The notes under the pieces: generated by a model
The model's input: the letters and a program-made list of their open reading frames with translations, nothing else
Told to the model about the DNA's origin: nothing
Database searches by the model: none
Translations under genes and position numbers: made by a program
Virus record (IMG/VR): IMGVR_UViG_3300050505_000309
Coordinates: 1 to 26,763 of that record
DNA: 26,763 nucleotides
Strand: one strand, 5' to 3'
DNA from: a virus
Part shown: positions 7,586 through 16,461 of the stretch, in pieces
How the letters are laid out: the number at the start of each line of letters is the position of its first letter
Position numbering within the stretch: position 1 is the stretch's first letter

Positions 7586-7806
7586 TGACCACCACCCGCG
7601 CGGAGCACCTGCAATGGTGTAAGGACCGCGCCCTCGAGTACCTCCCGGCCGATCCGCAGCAGGCCGTCACGTCCATGGTCTCCGATCTCCACAAGCATCC
7701 CGAGACCGAGGGGCTCTACACGTTCGCTGGCCTGATGGCCCTCGCGCTCGCGGCCGAGGGGATCACCGAGGCGAAGGCCCGCATGTTCATCGTGGGGTTC
7801 CGGTGA
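7582..7806 (+). CDS. Hypothetical phage protein
   Basis: GGAGG RBS; [17 protein letters not shown]...SDLHKHPET. Confidence 0.75.
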   Translation: MMTTTRAEHLQWCKDRALEYLPADPQQAVTSMVSDLHKHPETEGLYTFAGLMALALAAEGITEAKARMFIVGFR

Positions 7807-8039
7807 TGGGCCTCACCCTCGACACCGTGAAGCGTCGCCGCCCCCTGATCGTCGGCGTGTCGGAGGCACTGTTCCAGGCCGCGTGCGCGAAGATGATGGT
7901 CGATGTGGCGGGCAAGCCCCTGATCCGCATCGAGAGCCATAACGCGCCCCCGCCAGCGATCCGCTCGGCCCCCAAGGTCGGGCGCAACGCGCCCTGTCCC
8001 TGTGGATCGGGCGCGAAGTTCAAGAAGTGCTGTGCCTGA
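7803..8039 (+). CDS. Small protein with C-terminal SEC-C metal-binding motif
   Basis: [20 protein letters not shown]. Confidence 0.85.
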   Translation: MMGLTLDTVKRRRPLIVGVSEALFQAACAKMMVDVAGKPLIRIESHNAPPPAIRSAPKVGRNAPCPCGSGAKFKKCCA

Positions 8040-8119
8040 GCTGTCCCACCCCTAACCTAGTCTGATCTCAGACCCGCGTCGACTTGGCCGCGCACGCCAC
8101 GTCAAACAGGAGAAAAGCC

Positions 8120-8305
8120 ATGAAGAACGTCGAGATCACCGTCGTCGGCAGCACCCTCACCATCAAGGTGGACCTCACCAAGGACTTCGGTCTGAGCAGC
8201 ACCGGCAAGTCCCGCACCGTCGCCTCCACCGGCGGCTTCACCCGGCTTGAGGCGGGCGGCCCCAACGCGGGCCTCGCGCTGAACCTGAACGTGATCAAGA
8301 AGTAG
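8120..8305 (+). CDS. Small all-beta hypothetical protein
   Basis: AGGAG RBS; MKNVEITVVGSTLTIKVDLTKDFGLSSTGKSRTVASTGG. Confidence 0.8.
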   Translation: MKNVEITVVGSTLTIKVDLTKDFGLSSTGKSRTVASTGGFTRLEAGGPNAGLALNLNVIKK

Positions 8306-8333
8306 CCCCCGTCGCGCGATTCTGGATTTCAGA

Positions 8334-8576
8334 ATGCGCCCGACCGCCGTCCTGCTGCTCCTGCTGTTACTCACCACCGGCTGTGCCCGCACGCTGACCA
8401 ACGTGGTTGGCGAGCAACGCACCTGCCTGGTCCCGGCCGATCTCACGTCTACCGTGATCTGCTCGGGCCGGGAAGGGTGCGGCATCGCGGCCGCGCTCGT
8501 CGGCCTCGTGGCCCTCGCCGCGCTGGCCGCGTACGGGGCCTGCATCCATCAAGCCCATGAGGAGGGATTCGAGTAA
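8334..8576 (+). CDS. Putative lipoprotein or membrane protein
   Basis: MRPTAVLLLLLLLTTGC (lipobox-like) plus a second hydrophobic stretch; ATG directly follows the motif core. Confidence 0.6.
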   Translation: MRPTAVLLLLLLLTTGCARTLTNVVGEQRTCLVPADLTSTVICSGREGCGIAAALVGLVALAALAAYGACIHQAHEEGFE

Positions 8577-8800
8577 TGCCCCGACAGATCGTCCCGACCT
8601 ACATCGCCACCGTCCAGATCGTCGTTCAGCCATCCGAGAAGCTCGACTCCGAGGCCGCCGCCATGGACTGGTTCAGCGGCCTGCTCTCGGAGAACCCCAA
8701 GGTGCTCGACTGGCAGTACCTCAAGCTCGGCGGGCAGCGCCTCGGCCCCGCCGCGATCTACGTCGACACCGACTACGCCGAGGGGGAGGCCTTCGCGTAA
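8576..8800 (+). CDS. Hypothetical protein
   Basis: TAATG coupling at both ends. Confidence 0.7.
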   Translation: MPRQIVPTYIATVQIVVQPSEKLDSEAAAMDWFSGLLSENPKVLDWQYLKLGGQRLGPAAIYVDTDYAEGEAFA

Positions 8801-9234
8801 TGGACCTGACCATCGTTCGTTCACAGTGGCAGCGCGGTTCGCGGGAGGACTCCTATCTGCTCAACCCGTACAGCGGGATGATGTGCTGCCTCGGATTCTA
8901 CTGTCGCGCCCTCGGCGTGGACCCGGCCGTGATCCAGGGCCGCGAGGCCCCCAGCCAGGTCGCCGCCGCCATCCCCGAATCCGGGAAGTGGCTCCTGAGC
9001 CCCGGCGTGCAGATTCTTTCCGGCGACGAGGTGATCCCGACCGAGACCGCCGGCACCAAGCCCACCGACGGGGTGGACTGCGCCAACCTGATGAAGATCA
9101 ACGATGCCCTGGCCGGCGAGGAGGTGGAGCTGGAGGACCAGGACTTCATCGATCGCGTCTCCGAGACCGTCCGCGAGACCACGATCGCCTCGATCTTCGC
9201 CACGCACGGCGTCACCGTGACGTACGTGGACTGA
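8800..9234 (+). CDS. Hypothetical phage protein (CCLG motif)
   Basis: MDLTIVRSQWQRG...MMCCLGFYC...LMKIND. Confidence 0.75.
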   Translation: MDLTIVRSQWQRGSREDSYLLNPYSGMMCCLGFYCRALGVDPAVIQGREAPSQVAAAIPESGKWLLSPGVQILSGDEVIPTETAGTKPTDGVDCANLMKINDALAGEEVELEDQDFIDRVSETVRETTIASIFATHGVTVTYVD

Positions 9235-9383
9235 TGAGCGAGAAGATCGTCGGCCTGCGGCTCACCGACGAGGAGATCAGAGCGCTGCATCTCCCCGTCC
9301 CCGGGATCACGTCCACCCTCAACACGCCGTGCCTGTGCCCTGTGTGTCGGCCGGCCCAACCCGAACAGGAGGCTACTCCATGA
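9234..9383 (+). CDS. Small CxCxxC protein
   Basis: TGATG and ATGA coupling; PCLCPVC. Confidence 0.6.
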   Translation: MSEKIVGLRLTDEEIRALHLPVPGITSTLNTPCLCPVCRPAQPEQEATP

Positions 9384-9868
9384 CGTTCCCCCGTGTCTGG
9401 ATCGCGCTCGTCGCGATCGCCCTGCTGTGCTGCCCGCTCCCCGCGTTCGCCCATCCGGGCCACGTGGGACCCAGCAACATCTCCCCGCAGGCTGGCCTCG
9501 ATCAGGCCCTCATGCTCACGGCCCTGCCCGACGTCACCCGCGCGGTCTGGATCGCCGTCGGGCTCGGCGCGGTGGCGTGGCTCGGCATGCTGGGCACCCT
9601 CGTAATCCTGCGCTATCGCCTCAAGCGCGCCACCGATCGCTTCCTGCGCGCCCGCCTCGGCCTCGATCAGGCCCGCGCCGACATCGCCTTCTGGCGTCGC
9701 CGGCGGGCCTTCTGGCGGAGCCACGCGTTCACCGCCGACACGCATCAGCTCCGAGCCGCCTGCGAGCTGGCGCGGCTTCTCGATCACGAGCCCAACGAGC
9801 GCCATCTGTCCGACGGCACCCCGGTCCATCTCCCGGCCCGGCGGATGATCCAGCCACCCCGCGACTGA
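9380..9868 (+). CDS. Membrane protein (signal peptide plus one TM helix)
   Basis: AGGAGG RBS; signal-like N-terminus ending AFA; hydrophobic AVWIAVGLGAVAWLGMLGTLVIL. Confidence 0.7.
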   Translation: MTFPRVWIALVAIALLCCPLPAFAHPGHVGPSNISPQAGLDQALMLTALPDVTRAVWIAVGLGAVAWLGMLGTLVILRYRLKRATDRFLRARLGLDQARADIAFWRRRRAFWRSHAFTADTHQLRAACELARLLDHEPNERHLSDGTPVHLPARRMIQPPRD

Positions 9869-9882
9869 TTCTGAAAGTCAGA

Positions 9883-10061
9883 ATGACTCGCGACCCGATT
9901 CGCTCGCGGCGTGGCGGGAGATTTGCGAGGACCGAGAGGAGGACGAGGACGACGGCGAGCGCCCCGCGTGCGACGAGTGCGGGGAGAGCTTCAACGTCCG
10001 GGAGAGCGGCTGCGCAGTGCACTGTCTCGGCTGCTGTGATTGCGTGACGGAGGTGCCATGA
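9883..10061 (+). pseudogene. Cys-rich acidic ORF lacking an in-frame start (frameshift or non-canonical start)
   Basis: Frame DSLAAWREICEDREEDEDDGERPACDECG...CLGCCDC ends with ATGA coupling at 10058; nearest ATG (9883) is out of frame. Confidence 0.4.
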
Positions 10062-10417
10062 AGTCCCTACGCTTCGAGAAGGACAGCGCCATCGCCGATC
10101 TCGCCGTCCAGGTGCTCTGGAACACGATCGACAACCACGGCGACATGGACCGCGAGGAGGCCGATCAGCAGGCCAAGGAGCTCGGCTACCGCAGCTATAT
10201 CTCCCGCAGCAACGCCATGCAGGAGGCGTTCGGGCGGCTCGCCGATCTGATCAAGCAGGGCCGCGCGATCCGCCCCCGGGCGGCCGTCCGGTCCTATCTG
10301 CTCGAACAGATGGAGGCCGACGCGGGACTGCTCCCGGATATCGACGAGAAGTGGACGGAGCAGGACGTCCGCGCGGTCAAGCGCGCGGTCAAGGCCCTGT
10401 TGAAGGAGGCCCCGTGA
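10058..10417 (+). CDS. Hypothetical protein
   Basis: GGAGG RBS; MKSLRFEKD... Confidence 0.75.
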   Translation: MKSLRFEKDSAIADLAVQVLWNTIDNHGDMDREEADQQAKELGYRSYISRSNAMQEAFGRLADLIKQGRAIRPRAAVRSYLLEQMEADAGLLPDIDEKWTEQDVRAVKRAVKALLKEAP

Positions 10418-10857
10418 TCGAGTGCATCTACTGCCACGAGTTGTTCGATCCCCCGAGTCCGGTCACCACGTTCTGCCGGTGGTGCTACTTCTCCGGCAAG
10501 ACGCACGAGGAGGCGCTCGGCCCGTTCCTCGAGGCGCTGCGGGCTATCCATCCCGTCCAGATCGAGCACACCGGCGGCGGTTGCTTTTGGGTCTGTGCCC
10601 GGCTGGAAAACGGCCACGTGGTCGCCTTCACGGTGGCCTACCAGGATCTCGAAACCGGCGAGTGGGAGATGGACGCCGTGCTCCCGGAGTCCTGCCTCGG
10701 CCCCTGGGGCGCGTGCCACTACGACAGCGAGGACTGCGAGACGGCGATCGCGTCGAAGTGGCCGATGGATATCGAGGCGTCGGCCGCGTTCCTGCGATCC
10801 TGCGTCGAGGACCCCGAGGCGACCGCGTTCTTGCGGACGATCTCAGACGCCGGATGA
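10414..10857 (+). CDS. Hypothetical protein with CxxC pairs and HTGGGC motif
   Basis: AAGGAGG RBS, GTGA coupling. Confidence 0.75.
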   Translation: MIECIYCHELFDPPSPVTTFCRWCYFSGKTHEEALGPFLEALRAIHPVQIEHTGGGCFWVCARLENGHVVAFTVAYQDLETGEWEMDAVLPESCLGPWGACHYDSEDCETAIASKWPMDIEASAAFLRSCVEDPEATAFLRTISDAG

Positions 10858-11433
10858 CTTTGACGGCGGCGGCAACGGGCGCAACGCGACCGTGCTCTTA
10901 CGCGCATTGCAGCGAAAGCAGGCGGGCACGACGTTGGCCCGCGTGTGCCCCCCGCCCCGATCGATCGGCTCGATATGGTCCAGCGTGAGCTTCTGGGGAT
11001 CGCCGACCTCGGCCTCACGCCGGAGCGGCACCCGGCAGTAGGCACACAGCAGCCCGTAGGTGGCGAGGAGTTCTCCCAACTCCTCGACCGTCAGCGTGAT
11101 CGGACCGATGCCCCCACGCGCCTTGTAATCCGCCCGGCTCTGGCGCAGCAGGTTGTCCGCGCTGGCCCGGTAGCGCTCGAGGGTAGCCCGCCCGGCCTCG
11201 GTGTTCCGGTAGTTCCGGTGCTTCTCGTTCGTCAGGCGAAACCGGCGCTCGGCCGCTTTCGCCTCCGGCGTCGTACGCCAGGCCGTCTTGGTCTGGTGCT
11301 CACAGCTCTTGCAGACGGTGCTGGTGTGCTCGTAAATGTAGGGTTGTCCGGCCCGCATCCGCCGGCTGCGGCGGGTATGGAAGTCGGTCAGGGGTTTGCT
11401 GGCGTGGCAGGTCGCGCACTGCCGCGTTTCCAC
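10843..11433 (-). CDS. HNH endonuclease (homing-type)
   Basis: N-terminal CATC; CAYC...LTLDHIEPIDRGGGHTRANVVPACFRCNARK. Confidence 0.9.
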   Translation of the reverse strand: METRQCATCHASKPLTDFHTRRSRRMRAGQPYIYEHTSTVCKSCEHQTKTAWRTTPEAKAAERRFRLTNEKHRNYRNTEAGRATLERYRASADNLLRQSRADYKARGGIGPITLTVEELGELLATYGLLCAYCRVPLRREAEVGDPQKLTLDHIEPIDRGGGHTRANVVPACFRCNARKSTVALRPLPPPSKSSGV

Positions 11434-11499
11434 CCCGGAAGGATGCCACAGGTCGTGGCGTCGTTCTGAATTTCAGAATCGCGCGAGAAGGAGTCCCTC

Positions 11500-11745
11500 A
11501 TGCCCAAACCGTTCCGTTTTCCCACGAAGCCCAACCCCGGCGAGCGCTGCGTCGGCCGGCGGATCGTCGGCCCCAAGTTCCGGGAGGTGCCGTGCCGCGC
11601 CCTCGCGACGCGCGTCGACACCGATTTCCGGTGGGGCCGCGATGGCGAGCCCGCGATCGTGCACGTCCGCTTCCCGCTCTGCCCCACCTGCGCGGCCCGC
11701 GCGGACGAGAACGCGGCCGAGGCGCGAGCCGAGGCCCGGTCATGA
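11500..11745 (+). CDS. Hypothetical Zn-binding protein
   Basis: AAGGAG RBS after a motif copy; LCPTC. Confidence 0.7.
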   Translation: MPKPFRFPTKPNPGERCVGRRIVGPKFREVPCRALATRVDTDFRWGRDGEPAIVHVRFPLCPTCAARADENAAEARAEARS

Positions 11746-12086
11746 ACGGCATCAAGTTCGAGTTCCAAGACCTCGATCTGGACGAGGGCGGCATCCAGAC
11801 CGAGTTCGTCATCACTCACCACGAGGGCAGCGCCAGCTTCATCCTGACCGACGAGGAGATCGAGGATCTGCTGGTCGGCGTTCGTCAGCGGTGGAACATC
11901 AACCGGGCCTACGGCCGGGCACAATCACCGCCACAGGACCCGATCGCCCGCGCGCTCGGTGTCATCGCCCGCAACCCCAATATCCGGGCCTGGCTCGCCG
12001 CCAACGACCTGCAAGCCCTCAAGCAGGTCGATCGCGCCATGCTCGGCGTCCCCCTCCCCTTCGAGCGGCCGGAGCGACAGGAGTAG
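11742..12086 (+). CDS. Hypothetical protein
   Basis: ATGA coupling; MNGIKFEF... Confidence 0.7.
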   Translation: MNGIKFEFQDLDLDEGGIQTEFVITHHEGSASFILTDEEIEDLLVGVRQRWNINRAYGRAQSPPQDPIARALGVIARNPNIRAWLAANDLQALKQVDRAMLGVPLPFERPERQE

Positions 12087-12089
12087 TCC

Positions 12090-12467
12090 ATGAGTCTACA
12101 AGCCACGCTCCAACTCACCGGCAGCGGCCACGATCCAGGCCGCGAGTGGGTACTCGTTCACTCCTATCCCCGGTATGCCGAGCCGATCCGCAACATCGTG
12201 ACGTACAAGGTCAAGGGCTTTCGCCGGTCCGGCAACGGCGCATTCGCCCCCGACCCGGCATCCGGCCTCGTGATGGACTGGGTCCGCGATACCGATAACT
12301 GGCAGGCGTACAAGCAGGGCGGCTATCTGATCGCCGAGAGCGAGCACGAGGGCACCGCGACCTCGGAGCCGATTCCGCCCCCGCGCGTTCGCGGCACGAC
12401 CGAGATTCGCTATCACGATGGCGTGTGGCAGAAGTACCTCAAGCGGTCCGGGTGGGTGCCGGCATGA
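12090..12467 (+). CDS. Hypothetical protein
   Basis: AGGAG RBS, codon bias. Confidence 0.7.
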   Translation: MSLQATLQLTGSGHDPGREWVLVHSYPRYAEPIRNIVTYKVKGFRRSGNGAFAPDPASGLVMDWVRDTDNWQAYKQGGYLIAESEHEGTATSEPIPPPRVRGTTEIRYHDGVWQKYLKRSGWVPA

Positions 12468-12715
12468 ACCAACTCGTCCGCACGCCTGGCGGGACGGTCG
12501 GGCGCGTCGTCGAGAAGCAACGCCGGAAGTCCCCCCGCTATCTGCTTGAGACGGGCGACGGGGGCCGCGTGTGGGTCCGTGGCCCGCTGTATCCCGTGCG
12601 CTATCCGCCCTGCGCGGGCTGTGGCCGCATCCGCGTGGTCCCGCCCGAGACGAAGTGCGGCGACTGTCAGGGCATGTACCAGGACCCCGTCACGAAGTTG
12701 TGGAGGAAGCCGTGA
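12464..12715 (+). CDS. Hypothetical protein with two CxxC
   Basis: ATGA coupling; CAGC...CGDC. Confidence 0.65.
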   Translation: MNQLVRTPGGTVGRVVEKQRRKSPRYLLETGDGGRVWVRGPLYPVRYPPCAGCGRIRVVPPETKCGDCQGMYQDPVTKLWRKP

Positions 12716-12984
12716 TCTTCGCTGGCCTCAACTGCCACTGCGGCGAGACCCATTATCAGGCCGCGTCGTACTACGTGAGCATCATCGACGGGTCCCGGCA
12801 CGTCCTGGCCGTCGGCCCGTTCACAGAACACTCCGAAGCGCTCGCCCATGTGGACGCGGCACGGCGGATCGTCATGGAGCGCTACAACCCGGATGGGCGC
12901 GCGCACTGGTACGGCTACGGCACCGCCGTAGTCCATGGCGGATCGGCACGCCCCGGGAAGCTCAATGGGGAGATCCTGGCATGA
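12712..12984 (+). CDS. Hypothetical phage protein
   Basis: GGAGG RBS; YYVSIIDG...LAVGPF..H...WYGYGTA...PGKLN. Confidence 0.7.
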   Translation: MIFAGLNCHCGETHYQAASYYVSIIDGSRHVLAVGPFTEHSEALAHVDAARRIVMERYNPDGRAHWYGYGTAVVHGGSARPGKLNGEILA

Positions 12985-13172
12985 GCCAGCCGCTCTGCCC
13001 GATCTGCCTCACCCAGCATCCCCCGTTCACCTGTCGAGAGGGCACGCGCGATCCCAAGCCCGGCATGGCCCTGGTCTGCCAGGAGTGCGGGGCCGCGTTC
13101 TCGGTCGACGTCAACCAGACCCCGTGGCCGGAGTGTCCGGAATGCGGGAGCGAGGACTACGAGGTGGCCTAA
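12981..13172 (+). CDS. Zinc-ribbon protein
   Basis: CPIC...CQECG...CPECGSED. Confidence 0.7.
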   Translation: MSQPLCPICLTQHPPFTCREGTRDPKPGMALVCQECGAAFSVDVNQTPWPECPECGSEDYEVA

Positions 13173-13435
13173 TGAACCGCAACGAGGCGATCGTCGCCGC
13201 CCGGCAAGCCGGCTACACCCATGTGTACACGGCTGGCGGGTGGGTCCGGCTTCAGGACTGGATCCCCTACGGCTGCACCAAGGAGCAGCCCGTGTGGTCG
13301 GACATGCAGTTCCCCAACTTCATCCTGCACGACGAGGCGGAACGCCCACGGTTCGAGGATATCCCGATCCCGCGCGGCACTCGCCCGTATCAGGTCACGG
13401 CCAGCCAGTGGCCGCTCAGAAAGGAGGGCACATGA
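13172..13435 (+). CDS. Hypothetical protein
   Basis: TAATG coupling, GAGG RBS. Confidence 0.65.
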   Translation: MNRNEAIVAARQAGYTHVYTAGGWVRLQDWIPYGCTKEQPVWSDMQFPNFILHDEAERPRFEDIPIPRGTRPYQVTASQWPLRKEGT

Positions 13436-13710
13436 GACGTCTCCGTCTCGTCACCGCCAACCAGGTCCAGGAGATCGAGCAGGCCGTCCGTCTCTTGAGG
13501 GAGGCCCGTACCACGCTCCGGATCGCCGGAGCCAAGAAGTCCGCCGGCTACGTGCAGCGCGCGCTCAAGTCGGCCCAGGGCGCGCTCCATCATGCCGATC
13601 GCTGCCTCGCGCATCGCGACCACGCGGTCCTGTGGCGGAAGGCCCCGGTCCCAGACCCGCGCCGACCGCGCCCACGCACACGCACCGCACGCCAGTTCGG
13701 CCGAATCTGA
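13432..13710 (+). CDS. Basic helical hypothetical protein
   Basis: AAGGAGG RBS; stop lies inside motif copy 13706. Confidence 0.7.
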   Translation: MRRLRLVTANQVQEIEQAVRLLREARTTLRIAGAKKSAGYVQRALKSAQGALHHADRCLAHRDHAVLWRKAPVPDPRRPRPRTRTARQFGRI

Positions 13711-13738
13711 AATTCAGAACGACGAAAGGAGAGGAGCA

Positions 13739-14161
13739 GTGAAGAGAGGACGCCTCATCGCAGAGACGTTGATCGGCACAGACCTCGACGACCCGGAGTA
13801 TCAGGAGTACTTAGTCACAGAGCTGTCCTACGGATTAGGTGGGAGCAACTTCTTCACGGGACAACGCGAGCCACGCGGATATTTCCTGCATGTGCTCCCG
13901 GAGGGCCGCGGCCAGGGCATGAGACGGTTCACGATGTTCTCCGGCCTCAAGGTCCTGGTCTCCCCCGCCAATCGGTTCATACAGTCAACGCTGGATCGCC
14001 TGATCCCCGATCCCGATCTCGTGGCGAAGGTGCAGCGGGAGGTGCTCACGTCCATGCGGACGACGCTCGAGCGCCGGCTCGCGCACGCCCGCGACGAGCA
14101 GCGCCCCGCCCTAGCCGAGCGGATCGACCGCCTCGACCTGCTGTTGTCCCAGCGCAGCTAA
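13739..14161 (+). CDS. Hypothetical phage protein
   Basis: GAGGAG RBS; YGLGGSNFFTGQREPRGYFLHV. Confidence 0.75.
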   Translation: MKRGRLIAETLIGTDLDDPEYQEYLVTELSYGLGGSNFFTGQREPRGYFLHVLPEGRGQGMRRFTMFSGLKVLVSPANRFIQSTLDRLIPDPDLVAKVQREVLTSMRTTLERRLAHARDEQRPALAERIDRLDLLLSQRS

Positions 14162-14185
14162 CCTGTCATCCACACGAGGAGCCGT

Positions 14186-15799
14186 ATGGCCAAGACCGCT
14201 GTCGCCGTAGTGGAGAAGCCCCAGGATCCCCTACTCACGAAGCTCCAGGCCATGTTCAAGGCCGCCAAGCGCGTCTCGACGCCGATCATCGGCATCCAGT
14301 CGCTCGACGCGACCGCGACCATCGCCTCCATCGGCGAGATGTATCCGACGCTCGCGCTCGTCCGGTGGGACATCGTCCGCGGAGCCTTCGGCCTCAACGA
14401 GGCCGGCACCCGCGCCATCCTCGACGCGCTGCCGCCCATACCGCGCCCCGAGCCCGGCGAGCCCCCGGTCGACCGCGCGGCGTACGTCGCCACGTTCACC
14501 ACGAATCCGGTGGACATGCTCAAGGTGAGCGCGAAGTTCCCCCGGAGCACGCTCCTGTTCATGCTCATGGCCAACAACTACCTGGAGAGCGAGACCGTCC
14601 AGCAGGCGATCTGGAACCGGCGGGACGAGAACAAGCTCTCCAACCAGACCCTCATCCTGATCGACACCATCCTGCGATTCCCCCCGTCGCTGGCGCAGGA
14701 CATCCTGATCCTCGACGAGCCGATGCCGACGCCCAAGGACATCGAGACCATCATCCTGGGCAACATCAAGTTCTTCAACGAGAAGCAGGTCAAGTCCGCG
14801 CAGCCCATCATCGAGATCCCCGATGCGGCGGTCCTCGAGCGCGCGGTCGATGCGGCCCTGGGCCTGCCCGCGTTCGCGGCGGACCAGGCCACCGCCATGA
14901 ACATCACCGAGACCGGGGTCGACATCGGGGGAATCTGGAACTGGAAGATCGGCTCCGTCGGGTCCATCAAGGGCCTGAGCGTCCACCGCGGGGCCGAGCG
15001 GTACAGCGACTACGTGGGCAACGAGTACGCCAAGGAGCTCCAACTCGCGTTCATCAACGGCAAGAAGCGCCACAAGGGCATCGTGCTGTTCGACGAGATC
15101 GACAAGGCCTTTGCCGGCAATGCCGGAGACAACACCGGCGTGTCGGGCGAGCTGCACGGAGCCATCCTCGAGTTGATCGAGGACCTCAAGCTCACCGCCC
15201 TGCTCTATCACGGCGTGTGGGGGTCCGGGAAGAGCCATCTGGTGAAGTCCGGGCGGAACGAGGCCCGGGGCGGCGAGATCATCATGCTCAAGGCCAGCCT
15301 GCCCCAGGTGAAGTCGGGGATCGTCGGGTCCAGCATGATCAACTTCCTGACGCTCTGGAAGTCGATGATGGCGATGTGCGCGGATTCCCCGCTCCTGATC
15401 TTCACCTGCAACACGATGGCTACGCTGTCGGCGGAGTTCCTGAGCCGCATGAAGGTCAAGCTGTTCTTCGATCTGCCCGGGAAGGAGGAGTTGGACGCCC
15501 TCTGGAAGGTCAACATCCGCAACTACGGCCTGGACCCCAACCAGCCGCTCCCGGCGTGCGACCAGTGGACCGGCCGCGACGTCCGCAACTGCGCCGAGAT
15601 GTCCTGGGAGCTGGGTCTGCCGCTCCTGACCACCGCCCAGGCCATCGTCCCCCAGGCGATCGGCTCCCGGGCCAAGCTCCAGGCCATGCGCGCCGAGGCC
15701 AACGGCACCCTGCTCTCCGCCGTCAAGCCCGGTCTCTACTACATGCCCGAGGATCTGCCCACCGCGCCCCAGGGCGGCCGGCTGTTCAGCGACAACTAG
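14186..15799 (+). CDS. Ycf46-like AAA+ ATPase with rearranged motif order
   Basis: Degenerate N-terminal domain (RWDIVRG, FPPSL, DEPMP); IVLFDEIDKAF at 15080; GVWGSGKS at 15212; FTCN sensor; FFDLP; WTGRDVRN. Confidence 0.85.
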   Translation: MAKTAVAVVEKPQDPLLTKLQAMFKAAKRVSTPIIGIQSLDATATIASIGEMYPTLALVRWDIVRGAFGLNEAGTRAILDALPPIPRPEPGEPPVDRAAYVATFTTNPVDMLKVSAKFPRSTLLFMLMANNYLESETVQQAIWNRRDENKLSNQTLILIDTILRFPPSLAQDILILDEPMPTPKDIETIILGNIKFFNEKQVKSAQPIIEIPDAAVLERAVDAALGLPAFAADQATAMNITETGVDIGGIWNWKIGSVGSIKGLSVHRGAERYSDYVGNEYAKELQLAFINGKKRHKGIVLFDEIDKAFAGNAGDNTGVSGELHGAILELIEDLKLTALLYHGVWGSGKSHLVKSGRNEARGGEIIMLKASLPQVKSGIVGSSMINFLTLWKSMMAMCADSPLLIFTCNTMATLSAEFLSRMKVKLFFDLPGKEELDALWKVNIRNYGLDPNQPLPACDQWTGRDVRNCAEMSWELGLPLLTTAQAIVPQAIGSRAKLQAMRAEANGTLLSAVKPGLYYMPEDLPTAPQGGRLFSDN

Positions 15800-15882
15800 G
15801 CCGCTAGGAACCTAGAAAACTAGGTAGCTGATCCGCTGTTCTGCGGATAAAATCGGCCCCACATTCACAGAGAGGAGCCCCC

Positions 15883-16242
15883 ATGCCGTGTGACTCCGTG
15901 GTGAAGATGGAAGTGAACCTCAAGCAGATGGATCACGTCGTCCTCAAGCGCGCCCTCGAGAAGGACGGCTGGACCGTCGCCCTGCGGCGCGACTACATGC
16001 TCGCGTACAAGGACGGGCGGCGGATCGAGATTCATCGCGACCGCGCGGTCGTCGACCAGGGCGACGAGGACCTCGTCGAGAAGATGAACGACGCGTACAG
16101 CCGGGAGGCCGTGCGCACCGCCTTCGCCAAGTTCGGCTTCAAGGTCGAGCAGTCGAAGACGGTGAAGAATCAGGACATCATGACCAAGGCGACGTTCGGC
16201 AAGTCCAGCTTCAAGAAGTCCGCCCAGAAGACCGGGTACTAG
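15883..16242 (+). CDS. DUF1257/Ycf35-like protein
   Basis: LKRALEKDGW...AYSREAVRTAFAKFGFKV pattern; adjacent to a Ycf46-like ATPase. Confidence 0.6.
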   Translation: MPCDSVVKMEVNLKQMDHVVLKRALEKDGWTVALRRDYMLAYKDGRRIEIHRDRAVVDQGDEDLVEKMNDAYSREAVRTAFAKFGFKVEQSKTVKNQDIMTKATFGKSSFKKSAQKTGY

Positions 16243-16251
16243 GAGGGCACC

Positions 16252-16461
16252 ATGGCAGAGGACAAGATCATCGTCGACCACCTCGGCGGCGGCCGGATCA
16301 AGATCACCACCGACGAGGTCTCCGGCCCCAATCACATGGCGGCGGAGAATGCGCTCGCCTATCTGGCCCGGCTCATGGGCGGCCCCGTCGAGCGCAAGAG
16401 CCGGGGCAAGATGGCGGTGCACTCGCACACCCACGACCAGACCCACAGCCATGAGCACTGA
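16252..16461 (+). CDS. DUF2997-like protein with His-rich tail
   Basis: GGRIKITTDEVSGPNH...LMGG; tail HSHTHDQTHSHEH. Confidence 0.6.
   Translation: MAEDKIIVDHLGGGRIKITTDEVSGPNHMAAENALAYLARLMGGPVERKSRGKMAVHSHTHDQTHSHEH

Noticed and set aside
15799-15858. Hammerhead ribozyme
   Set aside because: A three-stem layout and CTGAT are present, but the CUGANGA and GAAA core is not.
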